Below, piece by piece: positions 38,371 to 51,057 of a stretch of DNA of 64,000 nucleotides. The DNA is from Albugo candida (taxonomy: Eukaryota), in the NCBI GenBank assembly GCA_040437565.1, contig JBDOQK010000001.1, positions 744,001-808,000 on the forward strand, written 5' to 3'. The translations under genes were made by a program, and so were the position numbers. The notes below the pieces were generated by a model. It was not told the origin of the DNA and searched no databases. It saw only the letters and a program-made list of their open reading frames with translations. Each line of letters begins with the position of its first letter. Position 1 is the first letter of the stretch.

Positions 38371-41300
38371 ATGGTAATTGGCGAGGACGATGACGCAGGA
38401 CCACAGGCGGCGCGAATAAAGCGACAGTGGATGAAAACACATTTAGCAGAAAGGAATCAAATTAATGATGCTCTCTCTGTCGACCAATCTTTGCAACGAG
38501 AAGCGCTGTCTGTACTACCCGCAGAGCATCAAAATGAAGAGCTTCGATGCGAAAATCTCACATTGAAGGATGATAAAACATTTTTAACGCAATATGTTTC
38601 TCGTTTGCTGAAAACTCTCCGACATTTCTTGCAAAAGTACGGAGAATTAGAGGCACTTCAATCGTTACCATCCCATTCTGCTGAGCAAGAAGCTGATACT
38701 GGATCAGAAATCCCACCACCTTGGTCGACCTCATCAGAAATGATGAATCCTCTTCTTCTTGCTTATGATGTTAGGATAGCTGAACTTGTAAGTCCATTTT
38801 TTTCGCATATAAACGAACCAGCTAACATATTAATAGTTGGGTATCATCCAAGAGAATAAAAGTTCCATCTCTACGATTGCCTCTCAGTCGGAAAACATCA
38901 GCAGAGAAAACGAATCTCTTCGAAAGTTGTAGTATCTACTCTCCGAATACGACATCTGATTTTCATAATTTTATTGTACTCTCAGAGAGCTAGAAGTTTG
39001 TGCGGAGAAACTTGCAACGCAATCAAAAATAAATAAGGAGGATCCCACTTGTCCGTTTAGAGAGATAAAAGGATCCGGAATTGAATCCATGGAAGCGAGT
39101 GATTACCTTGCAGAGATGAATGAACGACTCGACTCACTTATGGCGGTAATATACTTTATTGTGTCCAAAAGATTTTGTGCCGATCACCAGAGTTGTAGGA
39201 AAACAGTCTCCTTATGGAACAGATTTCACTCCAAGATGAGGAGATACAAACAGCTCATAAGGAGACATCCGATCGGGATGATCAGCTCGAAGTAATGGGA
39301 AAGCATTTTCGACAAGCTACCAGCACTTTACAGGAATTACGCGAGTCTTGCGAAATGTTACGGAATGAAAGGCATCAATTGGAAAGTCAGATCCAGGAGT
39401 ATGCAATTCGAATTGCTCAGTTGGATAGCAACCGAGATTTACTAGAAGAACAGCGAGATGCTCACAGAAGGGAAATTAGGTCCCTGGAGGTCGGTATCGC
39501 CCTTTTTCTCCGACACTATTTTGACGCAAATATGCTCAGGATCAATTGAAAAACTCCTCCGATACTTTGGATGAGATCAAAGCAAGTAACGAACACAGTC
39601 ACGATAAATTTGCAAAAAAGTACCAGATCGTATGCGATAGACTTCGCGAATTGACGAATGCTTTGGATGCCAAAGATAAAATCATCGACGATCTTGAGGT
39701 ATACAACCATCCACTGAAGCATCCAAGTGAGTCAATTTATGGCTGTAGCTTCGGAGTCAAACGATAAGATTTGATCTGGAAGCTGCAAAACAAGATTGCG
39801 AGGGAATGCTTAGAGTTTTGAACGCGATGGACAGACAGCTGAATCAATATTGTTCGAGGGAAGACGCAGTAGCAGAGGTTATTTCAGCATGGCTCTATCT
39901 TGATGTATTTGCTGATGATTTGTCGTAGCTCGAGGTCGAATGCAAAGCGAGAATATCAGAGACTTTGCTCGACAGAGATAAAATCTCAAGTCTAGAAGCG
40001 CAAGGAAGACGTGAAATCGCGCGACTAATGGAACGCTTGCGATCGCAAGCAGCTCGAAATATGAAGGAACGGGACGACATTTTACGGACACAGCAGAAAA
40101 AGCATGAAGCCGAGATATGTCAATTTGAGAATAATATCGCCTCTTTTTCTGAAAATATCGGGAAGATGCGTGCCAAATTGGTGAGCATCTATGCTTTCAG
40201 CCATATAGAACTTGTTCTTAATACTTTTTTATCCCAGGAAGCCGCGAATAGAGCTGTCAAGGATGCGGAAACACGACTTGTCGATGCTTATGATCAATTA
40301 AAGCAACTTCCCCAGAGTTTTGAGGTCTCATCTATACTCTCCAGTGTCCAAGCTCTATTCTGATGTCGATGTAGACCGAGTTCCAAGCGCTTGGAAAGCG
40401 TCTCACCACAGTGGAAGAAGCCAGAGATGAAGTTGAATCTAGTTTTAGTTGCAATATCTCCATCTTATATTATATATTCAGGCCCTCCGACGCGAAGAAG
40501 AGTATATTTGTAGGCTCAAATGCGCTCACGGGGAGCGGGATAAGGCTCAATCCGATTATCGAGAGCATAGCCAGCGATTAAGAGTGCGCTTTTGAATCGC
40601 CAAAACCGCTATTTATCACAAATCTCTCATAATAGGAGAAGCTTGCACAGATGGCCCAAGAAATTGAGAGTTATCGCCAACAAATTTGTGATTTGAAAAG
40701 CTCCGGCGAGGAAAAGGACCGCAAGAATCAGATGATAAGCGATCAACTGATAAAAGTGAAAGCCGACTATGCGAATCGTTTTGGAACGGAATTGGAAGCA
40801 CTTACGCTACAGAATCAAAAGCTCAAACAAAAGCTCATGGACGTCGACCTTCGTCTTCTTCAAGCTCATAAAGATGGTCAAAATGCTGCGGAAAATGCAG
40901 CTCGGGATCGGGAACGGCTCGAAAAGAGGGCGCAGACAGAGATTGAGACTTGGAAAGTGAGAGTGCGCGCTCTGTACGACGAAAACAGGCTGCTAGAATG
41001 CGCTCGTCGAGACTCGGAAGTCAAGGGTTCTGCTATTGCACTCCAGGTTTGGATTATCAACTCTTAGAGGTTTCCCTTTCAGCACTTTTGTTTAGCTTCA
41101 AGAATTAGCTCAGGACTTTAACGAGCTGAAGGACCTCTATTCCGAGAGAGAAGAAGCATGTGACGATGCGGAAAGCAAGATTGAAGAGTTAAGCTCGCAA
41201 CTGAGTGCTTCGTTATCGAAACAACAGCAAATGCATCGGAAGGAGAGAGAAATGAGGTCCACAATAGAGCGCATGATGCGTGAGAAAACAAGATTGGAGC

Positions 41301-41517
41301 GGGATAGCGCGGTTTGTACATTCGTTAAATCCATCGATCAAATTTCATGGATTTTTTGGAATAGATGTGTAGGAAGAAGCTTCAGATGCAGCTGCATAGC
41401 GAAGACTCGGAGTCTATTCATCGTGTTTATCCATCAGATACTTTTGCAACAACAAAGTCCATGGAGGCGCTACATTTCGTAGGAAAAAGGGAAATTTCAC
41501 CAAGTGGTCCAATCTGA
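38371..41517 (+). CDS. Long multi-exon coiled-coil protein, CEP89-like centriolar protein
   Basis: Heptad-rich E/K/R/L exons. The motif PPW..MNPLLLAYDVRIAEL resembles the CEP89 PLLLAYE motif (from memory). Exon structure is approximate. Confidence 0.55.
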
Positions 41518-41880
41518 ACGCTAAAACACTACCACGACAAAGTGAAAAGCGGATGGAAGCGCTTTTTTTGGATGTGGAGATAAATAAATCTGTAGATTGT
41601 TTTCGATGAGGACAAGCAAACCACAAAGTCGAAGTGATGTCAGGGCCAGTTAAATTTATTGACGTCATTATCANNNNNNNNNNNNNNNNNNNNNNNNNNN
41701 NNNNNNNNNNNNNNNNNNNNNNNNNNNNNNNNNNNNNNNNNNNNNNNNNNNNNNNNNNNNNNNNNNNNNNNNNACAAAGTCGAAGTGATGTCAGGGCCAG
41801 TTAAATTTATTGACGTCATTATCAGGGTCAAAACTCAAAATCTGATTTCGCTACTTCCGGTGCTAGGAAGCCAAAGAGAC

Positions 41881-42777
41881 TCACTCTGCTGCTTCATTTA
41901 TTTGATTCTCTTCCGCTGGTTGCGATAATCCTCTGCGCTCTCCACGCCCGCGTCCGCGTCCTCCATTTCTTCTTCCACGATTGGTTTTACCTCTTCCCCT
42001 TCCTCTACCACCAGTACGGCCATGATATTCTTCCCGGTCGCTTCCACGTTCGCCTTCTTGCTCCCCGTGGCTCTGCTCTTCCTTTGTTACTTTCTCCTCG
42101 CCTCCATTAAAATCGCTATCCTCTCTTCCATCGTTTGCTTCCATATCCCGGGTCCCTCTTCGTTTGTTTCTCCTCGCATTCCTTCCACCTCGTCCTTTTC
42201 TTACTTCAGCTTTCTTCTCCATATCGGAGCTTTCAGCACCGGTTTTGTCGCCATTCTGCAAATGTTCCTCTTTATTTGGTCGCCTCGAATTTTTTGGTCT
42301 TCCACTACCCGGCTTATCATTCAAAAGCTCAATTGGGAGCGGGCTTTGGTAGCCTGGGTGAGCACTATCTAATGGCTCTAATGAGAGCTGAATGGAAATC
42401 ATGGGAATTTTTCGAGTAATTTGTATCACATCCAGGCCTTCTTCGAGTGGTTCATAACGATCAACTGTTTCGATCAGACCGACTTCAGTGATTTGATGCA
42501 AATCTGCCACTTGATGCTTGAGCAATTCAGCCACAATCACGGTTTTACTGATGGCATTTCCCATTGCCTTCAGGTACAAAGATGTTTGTCCATTCTCCTA
42601 CAGCTCACTGATTGATATTTGTCCAGTTGACGAGAAGAAAATACGTACCGTGAGTAAATTTGTAGCATATTTCATGTAATTTCGGATCTTTCCCTGCTGA
42701 GTGACTCGGATTTCATTAGAGTTTGCAGCAGTGTGCTCTTCACGCGAGTTTCTATCCACTCTACGGTATTTATCCAT
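41881..42777 (-). CDS. Alba-domain protein (Rpp25-like) with RGG tail
   Basis: MDKYRRV..NEIRVTQQGKIRNY, LKAMGNAISKTVIVAELLK, LHQIT, YEPLEEGLD, HPGYQ and C-terminal RGRGRG repeats. Intron ~42598-42648. Confidence 0.88.
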
Positions 42778-42909
42778 TCTGAATTGCCGAGCGGATGGGG
42801 AAAAAACAATGGATTGTTGTCGGCGTGAACCGTTGGTACAAAGGGGGCGAATGCGAATTTAAGAAAAGATACTTCTCTTCTGCTGAAAAGTTTATAAGTT
42901 CGGATCTCA

Positions 42910-44124
42910 ATGGAAGAAGCATCAAAAGCATCAAAAGCATCAATTTATTCCGCCGGATACAGCGACAAATGCGGTACGTATCGCTCAGAATCAAAGAAAC
43001 CTCACCGATCGATCGGATTTGCATTCCATTCAACAATTCCGGATAAGCGAGAATGCTCGTACTTGGGACCTAATCATTCCTGGCGCTTTGATTTGGATAC
43101 TATTATCAATGTATTTCGTCATATTCCGGTGCAATTTCTCTACCCAATCCTTAATGTAGTACATTGTATCTACTATAAGCTCTATTTCTATCTTCTTGCA
43201 ATTGCTCACTTTTGCTTCTCATCTGATCTCAAACTATCGCAAGCGGCAACCAAACCACTGCATCAGACTTTGTCGAGTGCCAATGCGTTTCAACATGAAA
43301 GTAAGCGGGTCATTTATATTCGACATGGAGAATCGGAGTGGAACGTGATTTTTAATCGTCCGTGGAATAGTTCCACACTTTTACATGCAATACATGCAAT
43401 CTTCAAAGAATTCATTGCCATCCCAACTTGTCGTTCCATTTTCTTAGATTCCCCGCTGAGTACGACAGGGGTGCGGCAGTCTCTCCTACTTCAGAAGCGA
43501 ATATGCTCCATACCGGCTGCAGCGAATGATTACTCTACCTCATCACCACTTACATTACTGAAGTGCCTTCAGACTCCATCCGCAGACACTATCGTTGTGA
43601 CTTCGAATTTGAAAAGATCAATTCAAACAGCTTTAATCGCATCAAAAGAACGGTTTCTGTTTTGCCAGGAAAAGCTTTATGTGTCATCAAGTCTGCAGGA
43701 AATTGGACGAAATATAGACACTCTATCGCTTGGAGAATTGGCACACAATTCATCAGACGATATTGATACGACATCAAACTGTTACAAAGACTCGGTGTCA
43801 AAATATTCAGGTAGAAAACTTTCCATTGAGCGGAAGAAAACAAAGCTCAATTGGTCTTGGAATTATGGTAACAAAGCTGTCTTCGGGTGTGCCGAAGCAA
43901 GAATGAAGCAATTTTTGAAATGGATGTTCACGCGACGAGAACATATTGTCATAGTATATGGTCATTCATTATGGTTGCAAGAGTTTTGCAAACAGTATTT
44001 AACACCAGGTGTGGACCATCCAGTTAAAAATCTCAAACTGCATAACTGTGAGGTTGTGAGCTTTGTAGTTGGGCATCATCAAGGTCGCTATTATATTGAG
44101 CCAAAATCCTTCTTGTTTCTATAG
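42910..44124 (+). CDS. Histidine phosphatase / phosphoglycerate-mutase family protein
   Basis: YIRHGESEWN, DSPLS..G, SNLKRSIQT, LQEI, VYGHSL and LHNCEV. Confidence 0.85.
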   Translation: MEEASKASKASIYSAGYSDKCGTYRSESKKPHRSIGFAFHSTIPDKRECSYLGPNHSWRFDLDTIINVFRHIPVQFLYPILNVVHCIYYKLYFYLLAIAHFCFSSDLKLSQAATKPLHQTLSSANAFQHESKRVIYIRHGESEWNVIFNRPWNSSTLLHAIHAIFKEFIAIPTCRSIFLDSPLSTTGVRQSLLLQKRICSIPAAANDYSTSSPLTLLKCLQTPSADTIVVTSNLKRSIQTALIASKERFLFCQEKLYVSSSLQEIGRNIDTLSLGELAHNSSDDIDTTSNCYKDSVSKYSGRKLSIERKKTKLNWSWNYGNKAVFGCAEARMKQFLKWMFTRREHIVIVYGHSLWLQEFCKQYLTPGVDHPVKNLKLHNCEVVSFVVGHHQGRYYIEPKSFLFL

Positions 44125-44541
44125 TGAAGGGAGATAATGTTGTATAGCAACGCAGTCTTGAATGCATTTGAATTGGACATGCTTGTGCACTTCTCAATGC
44201 AGCAAGTGGCTACTATTTGCAACCTGACTATGACCTGCATTTCTTACGCAAATCACATCTATTGACGAATTGGATACAGCGACAGTTAGCTGAAGAAGTC
44301 CTTGGTGAAAGGCGTTTGTGAGTGTTATCGTTTTGTGCGGCTTCCCTTATAAGACCATGTAAGAAGTAATATCGCTGCTTGGGCTAATGGACGACCGGTA
44401 GCTCCCTATAAGGTGACGATGAGAAATCCTTTCGCCGAAAACGTTGTCAATTATCACTCTTACCAGTTTGTGCTCTAGAAGACAATCAAAAACAATTTTT
44501 TATCTATTTCTGAGTTACATAGTCATTTATTTACATGTTGA

Positions 44542-46280
44542 TTATAAATTTGCAATATAATTTAACGCTACTTCGAACATTGTAAGAAAGTATCCAATTT
44601 CTCCAAGCATTTTCGACGGATGGATCATGGCACCGAGATACTCTTTGAGACGCCAGGGTTGCTTCAGTCCACAATGCACCACCACGTAGATATGGATCGG
44701 CAGGTAATCATCAGCGNNNNNNNNNNNNNNNNNNNNNNNNNNNNNNNNNNNNNNNNNNNNNNNNNNNNNNNNNNNNNNNNNNNNNNNNNNNNNNNNNNNN
44801 NNNNNNNNNNNNNNNNCGCCAGGGTTGCTTCAGTCCACAATGCACCACCACGTAGATATGGATCGGCAGGTAATCATCAGCGGTTAACGCTGAATTCTCT
44901 TGCCATTCAAGACATTTCCCACCACAGTTTTTAAAGACTTGCAACGCGGACGCGAGCAGTTCTTGTATTTTCATAGCTGCTAATGGTTGTTCGTCCATCA
45001 TACTAAGATGATGACATGATTTTCCCCAACTGTCCTCCGATTGCAAATGTTCAGGGATTCCTAATTCTTGCTGTGTTTTTTCCCGTAATATTGCAATATT
45101 GCTCGCTACTTTTGCTTCCCTTCCTTGATCGACGGTCACATTGAGTAGAGCAGATATTTGTCGATCTAATGGTGTCAAAATTGTGTCTTCACAGGCGATA
45201 TGGACAAGATTCTCAACTTTTGATGTAACATTTGTTTCAAGCATTCCACCAACAGCGTTGTTCGCAATGTTCTCTTCTGGATATTTTTCATCGTCAACAA
45301 GCACAGTTCGCTCTGCGGGTGTCAGATGATCCACTATGTAGCTTTCAATCGTTGTCAAGACATTTCGTAAGTCACGTAGCATTGTTTCGGCTTCTGATTT
45401 GCTATCTTCTGCTGATTGATGCAGAGAACATTTTGATGCATTGACACGTTGTCGGAACGAACTTACGAGTTTATAACACGTTTGTCCTTCCGTTCTACTA
45501 CAACTGTTAAGCTTCGAAAAGAAGTTGTACGCGAGCCATTTAGGAGCAACTGGTTCTTCACTTGTATCAATATTCTCAAGCGAGGTGACAAACTCTTTCG
45601 AGCAGACCAACTCCTGCAGATCTTTTAATATGGATACGTGGAGTTCGCAGTTGGGTTGTATTGCTGCAACATTTCGAATGAAAACTTCTAAATCCTCACG
45701 TCTTTTTTCGATCAGTTTTTCATTCGTTGTCGACCGGAATTGTCGCTTCGGGAATGGAAGGTCGAGTAAAGATCTGATGTGATCAAATTGACGCGATGGT
45801 CCTGCCGCATGTCGAAGTAATGTCCGGATCTATCGTGATGCAATTATTTAGGTCAACTACACTGGGGACATTGAAAAAGTAGGATTGTCTCACCTTGTGA
45901 CGCATTGCTGCGAAATCTCGATATAGTTTCCTGACGCTCCAAAAAACTTGCGTGTACAGATCGGTCACATGCAGCGTGTACTCTGTCGTCGTATTAGTCA
46001 TCGAAGTTGTCGACACAACAGCACGAATTATTCGAATGGAAATTCCGGGGCGAAGACCTTTATAGGGCCATTTCTGATACATCTCATAACTTATATCTTG
46101 GGGTGGCATCTCCACCGGTGTTGCAACATGCTTGGAGCCGAGACGGACCGATAAGGATGTAGAGTCTAAATTAAAGGTACTTTGTCCTGCAGACGTTTGC
46201 GAGGAACAAGACGACGTGCGCGAAAGAGTTGAGGAAGTGGAACAGGTGGACGTGGTCGATGGAGGACCCGAAGAAAACAT
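44542..46280 (-). CDS. PX + VPS9 domain protein (Rab5 GEF); start uncertain (possibly 46586)
   Basis: PX-like TEYTLHV..WSVRKLYRDFAAMR..LPFP. VPS9 motifs ADDYLPIHIYVVV and GEIGYFLTMF. Interrupted by a gap with a 66-bp overlap. Confidence 0.82.
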
Positions 46281-46829
46281 CTTGAAAAAACTATTACGTT
46301 CCAAGCTTCCCGTTCTCCATAATTTATCTATTCCGGATCGCTAAATAACATACCACGTTATGGTCTACACGATAGGCATGTATTATATCGCACACACCTT
46401 GCGAATGTATCGGGTTATATGATACAAAAATCGCATTTCATGTTTGGAGTTAAGATGAACTGCGGGCCAAACCACTTTGGTAGCGACCGTATGCGCTCGA
46501 GGCGTTTTTACATCAATAGGTGTGAGTGTGCTCGATTTTTCATCTGACTTTCGAGCTTTTGCTGAGTAAAATAACGAAGACCGCATCTAGTAGCAAACGT
46601 TTCAAGGCGACTGCTACAGTTTGCACAACAAACGGGAAAATTGGTTCAAGTATCCGCCCGTAGGATGAAAGTTTTTATAACTCTGATCGAAGCGAATAAA
46701 AAGTCATTTCTCAGTTGAGCAGAGTGGTCCACGTCATCGATCAGTATGCTCGTCTTTTCGTATTTCAAATGGAGATACGGACAGGCGCTCAATATATTTG
46801 TTTTTGTATTTGTCAATTAGTACTCAAAA

Positions 46830-49800
46830 CTAGCTGCGATTTTTAAGTTTCAGCATGTTTTCACAATAACAACAAAACATCTGGGTTTGTATAAATGCCT
46901 CCAAAAAGACTTGGAATTTGCTCGTTCTCACCACCTGCCAGAGATGTTCTTGGAATTGCTCGTAGTAAAGTTCTCCATTACCATTCTCTTGTGAGTAATT
47001 CAATGAGAAGTCGCTGCACAAGCCAGAAAGAAGGTCGCTGACTTGATTCAAGCAAGAGGCCACATTTGCTTCTTCTTCATCTGATTGCCACGTATTAGTG
47101 ACATTTGCTAAGGTGATGACATGATATTGTCATACCTGTGAGCTCAAACCAAGTGGGCCGCATTTCCAAGTCGGAGCAGTCAAGACTTTGCTTGGCGTCA
47201 TGCAGACACTGCTTTAATTTTTCTCCAATGACGTCTGGGATAGGTGAGAGATTGTATTCGGAGTGGGGTGCTTGCAAAACTCCGTTGTCGATGTTGTAGA
47301 AGAATAGGTCAGGCCACTCGCATGTGGACGAGATTGTATGGCAGCCCACTAAGAACGGGACGGGAGAGTGGAGAAAATCTTTTAGGTGGGATGGAAGTAG
47401 TGGAATAAATGTAAACTACATAAACAGTATTAATAGTTTATTTTGACAACAGCTAATCGTACCTGCCAACGAAATGGCGCCAGAAGCAACACCAAACCAG
47501 CACACACTGCAGACACACAAGCAACATTCTCCCCCATAATCACCATTTGCTTCTCCAGTAACAAAGCTCCTAAAATTTGAACCATACTAGCCGGAGTAAT
47601 AAGGCGAATTGCAATTATAGCTGCCCATCTTTCTGGCGCCAGTTCGGGGCACAGAAATTCCAGTCTATTGCGCGGGAGCCTCACATTGATCCAATTACCG
47701 GGATCTTCAAGCTTCATTGTTTGCATCCTCTCCAGCAACTAGCAACCGCACTCATAGCGAGACATTTAAGCAATTTGGTACAAGTAACTTACCTCCAAAC
47801 ATTCGTAAGAAAGTAACTCAGATACTTCAACCGACTCAGTATCAGTGATTCGACGAAATCGCAAGCTCAAAGGCCGTGTTTTCGATTGAATACGTGTCAA
47901 GCTTTCATGTATACTGATGGAGTCTATCGAAACATAACATTACCAGTCTCAATGTGGAACAAGTAGAAAGTGTATACCTGTCGCGATTCCATTTACTGAC
48001 TCTAAGAAATCACCTACTTGAATGTCTGCGTCAGGTAGACGTATAGCTACCACTTGTAATTTATCAACATTTTTAGTTTGAGTGAAACATTGTTCACTTT
48101 TGTGTGCGCATAGTGTGCTCGGTTTGTTCTCATTCACAATAATAACACCATTTGAAATCTTGCGATTGGGTGCAATAGTATCGAGGTGATGGTTAAAAAA
48201 GCGTTGTTGTCCCACGTCATGCGACGTTATATCAGATGCTTTTGCGAATTCTACTTGTTGATGTTCACCTGACGTCCACTCCACCTATACAAGAAATGGT
48301 AGAGGTACCATAGCACACTATGAAGAATACAGAAACGCACCTTGAAATCTGTATAATTTGTTTCTCTCTTTCCATACTGAATCTCAATGAGCATGCGCAA
48401 TATCTACCGTCGCCAATGCACTTAGCCACAACAAAGGATATACCGTATCAAAAGTCTTCTTACTGTGAAATGCAATCGATAAAATGGATATTTACTTATC
48501 AAGCAATATGACACTGGAGCCAGTAACTTTGTTGCATTTGAATGATAGCATGTTCTTTGATCTTCGTATTTTACCAACACATCTTGCATTATTGCAACAC
48601 AGCAGCCATACAAAATTTCTCCTTTCGCTCCAGTTAATCGAAATATATAGCCGCTCGATACGTTCTGCGTTCATGTAATCAGAATTGATCCCTTTGATAA
48701 TTCAATACGATACCTCCGACACATTCTCGATCAGAGATTTGGCATCCAAAACCCATTGAGTGATCGTAGCTCCACGCAGGACTTTTGCTTCGGTGGGGTC
48801 ACATGCGACCACAGGCACTCCTTTTGGAAAGCAAAAATCCGCGATTGAAGCATCGTAGGCCGAATGCTTCCACACACATGACGTTATTTCTTTGCAATTA
48901 AAATGAGAAAGCGGACGTACCGAAGATGGGTATGCGGAAAGAACACTTGGGTTCCAGAATGCAGATAGCTCTTGATCAGGCACATCAATATCCTCTGGAC
49001 GAAATTGAACACCAGCAACAATCAACTGCTCAAAAATATGCGTTCCCCGCATTTGCATCGAAACAAACAAAGAACGAGCAATATCTTTTTCAAACCGACC
49101 GGGGTTTTGTTTCGTGGCCCAAAGATCTGTCGCATCTGATTTTGTGTATGTCATGCGATATAGAATTCCTCGGAGTCTAGCTTCGCCTTCAGCTGCATCT
49201 AATGTAGATCGTTGGTACTCATCGTGTCGAGATCGTTCACAAACGCCAATTGTTTTTGCACGCGCTGTGCGGACTTCTCTCTTACAAAAATATGTTCGGA
49301 AAGGCGGTAGAAAGCTGTGTTCAGAGACAATTGTGTCTTCAACATTAATTTTGGTGCCAGCAATCGCCTCTTGCTCCACTCTCATCTCAGACGAGAGGAA
49401 AAACTCATCATCGTCCGACATTACTTCGGAATCATCGTCAAAATCGAAAGAGGACAAAGTCGGACTCAGCAAAGTTTCAATTGGATCCAAATCGCTGACA
49501 AAACATCGCAACTGAGTTGACGTATACTTGAGGACATTAGATAGGTACGATTTACCTCGAGATCTTTTTACAATTGATCTCTGGTGAGAGTAGCGTCGAG
49601 TCAGAGATGTTATGAGCGACTGCCGATAGGTCATCGCAATCACGGTCTGATGGCGCTTTATAATGGGGAGACTTTGCGTAACCAGAGAGAGCGTCTAATA
49701 GAGCTCTTGATAATTTTCTTCTTCTTTCTCTTTCAATGTGGTACTGCTCTTTCCATCGCATCGATTCGTACGCTAAAAGAGCAATTTCATCCTAAATACG

Positions 49801-49924
49801 AAACTGAATGAGCATTGAAATATGAAGATCGCATTCTGCATCGGGCCGATTAAGATTCCTTACTCAATCACTTATTTATGCTTACTTTTGCTTGGAGATA
49901 TCGCGTTTTCCAGTCTGTGTCCAT
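46830..49924 (-). CDS. DENN-domain Rab GEF with N-terminal coiled coil and PDZ-like insert
   Basis: IFEQLIVAG, ADFCFPKGV, LYGCC, YCLISKYPF, ALLLEKQ, LLAPFRWQ, LHSPVPFLVG and dDENN FLEAFIQTQMF. Confidence 0.85.
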
Positions 49925-50097
49925 TAGAAACTACTAAGTTCGTTTTTTTGCCACCTCATTGAGTATTGAGTGGCACAAAAAGACGATTGCTTTTTATTGT
50001 CTTTAATTGTTGGTCATAATTCTAACGCTGCTGTATAGTGACGTCTATTTAGATCACGTATACTGATATAATGGATACCTCATGTGTTCGCTTGTGG

Positions 50098-50582
50098 TTA
50101 TAATTCATCATGTGTGTCGCTCTTGAACCATCGAGTCCACGGCTGGAAGAAACCGAGCAACGCAAAACCAGCCAAGAATATGAAGGACAGTCTACAAGCA
50201 ATGTCATTCTTTTGCACACAAGCGAATAGGTATCGCTACTTACATTGCTTTCAATTGATTATACTTTGCCACGTCTTGATGGAAACGATCGAGAGCTGCT
50301 TCAATCTCAACGATCCGCTTTTCAATAAGCTCTTTTCGTTCGGACGTCAATCTCCCCTCTTTTATTTCATTTTCTTTCAACTTGTTATCTTTCCATAGTA
50401 GAGTCCGATAATTACGAAGTTCAGTACGCGCCAATGTGACCGCTCGAGCACTTTTCGAAGACTTGAGTACGAAAAGTTGAGAAACAATACGTTCGTAATA
50501 CTAGTTCTACCTTATTGGAAGTGTATTTCTTAAACTCGTTGTCAAACTTCTCCACAGTCCGATCCCACGTCGCATCGTCCAT
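50098..50582 (-). CDS. Small tail-anchored coiled-coil protein ending in HDEL (~124 aa)
   Basis: Introns 50451-50510 and 50192-50243 give MDDATWDR..LKAILSFIFLAGFALLGFFQPWTRWFKSDTHDEL*. Confidence 0.7.
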
Positions 50583-51057
50583 GTTTGCACAATTTTCGCC
50601 AATGAAACGTCTGTGAACATGCCTTAACTATTAACCAAAGGCGAGTTGCATACACCCACAACATCAGTCACTAAGAGTGCGATATAGTGATATAGAGATA
50701 AAGGGACAACATCGTCTCAAAATGTCGCACGAGTCATATTCAATTCACGACTTTAGCCTCCCGATAAAGTGACGGAGCACCGTGATTTTTTCCCCGTGAG
50801 TAATAAACAATCAAATCGGCAACTGCACATCAATGATGCTCCCTCGACATTTTCTCTCCCAATCGCGTTTGAAACACCGTAAAAGTATCAAAATATGTAC
50901 GTTTCATGCAAGCACTTTACTCAAAAACACGCATCCACTGCTTAACATTCATCAGTATACTATACAGACACTACATCTCGGACTCTACTTTTATTCGAGT
51001 CTGGGATACTATCGTACTCTCACACTACTTGACAAACAAGTGTATAACCTTACTGGG

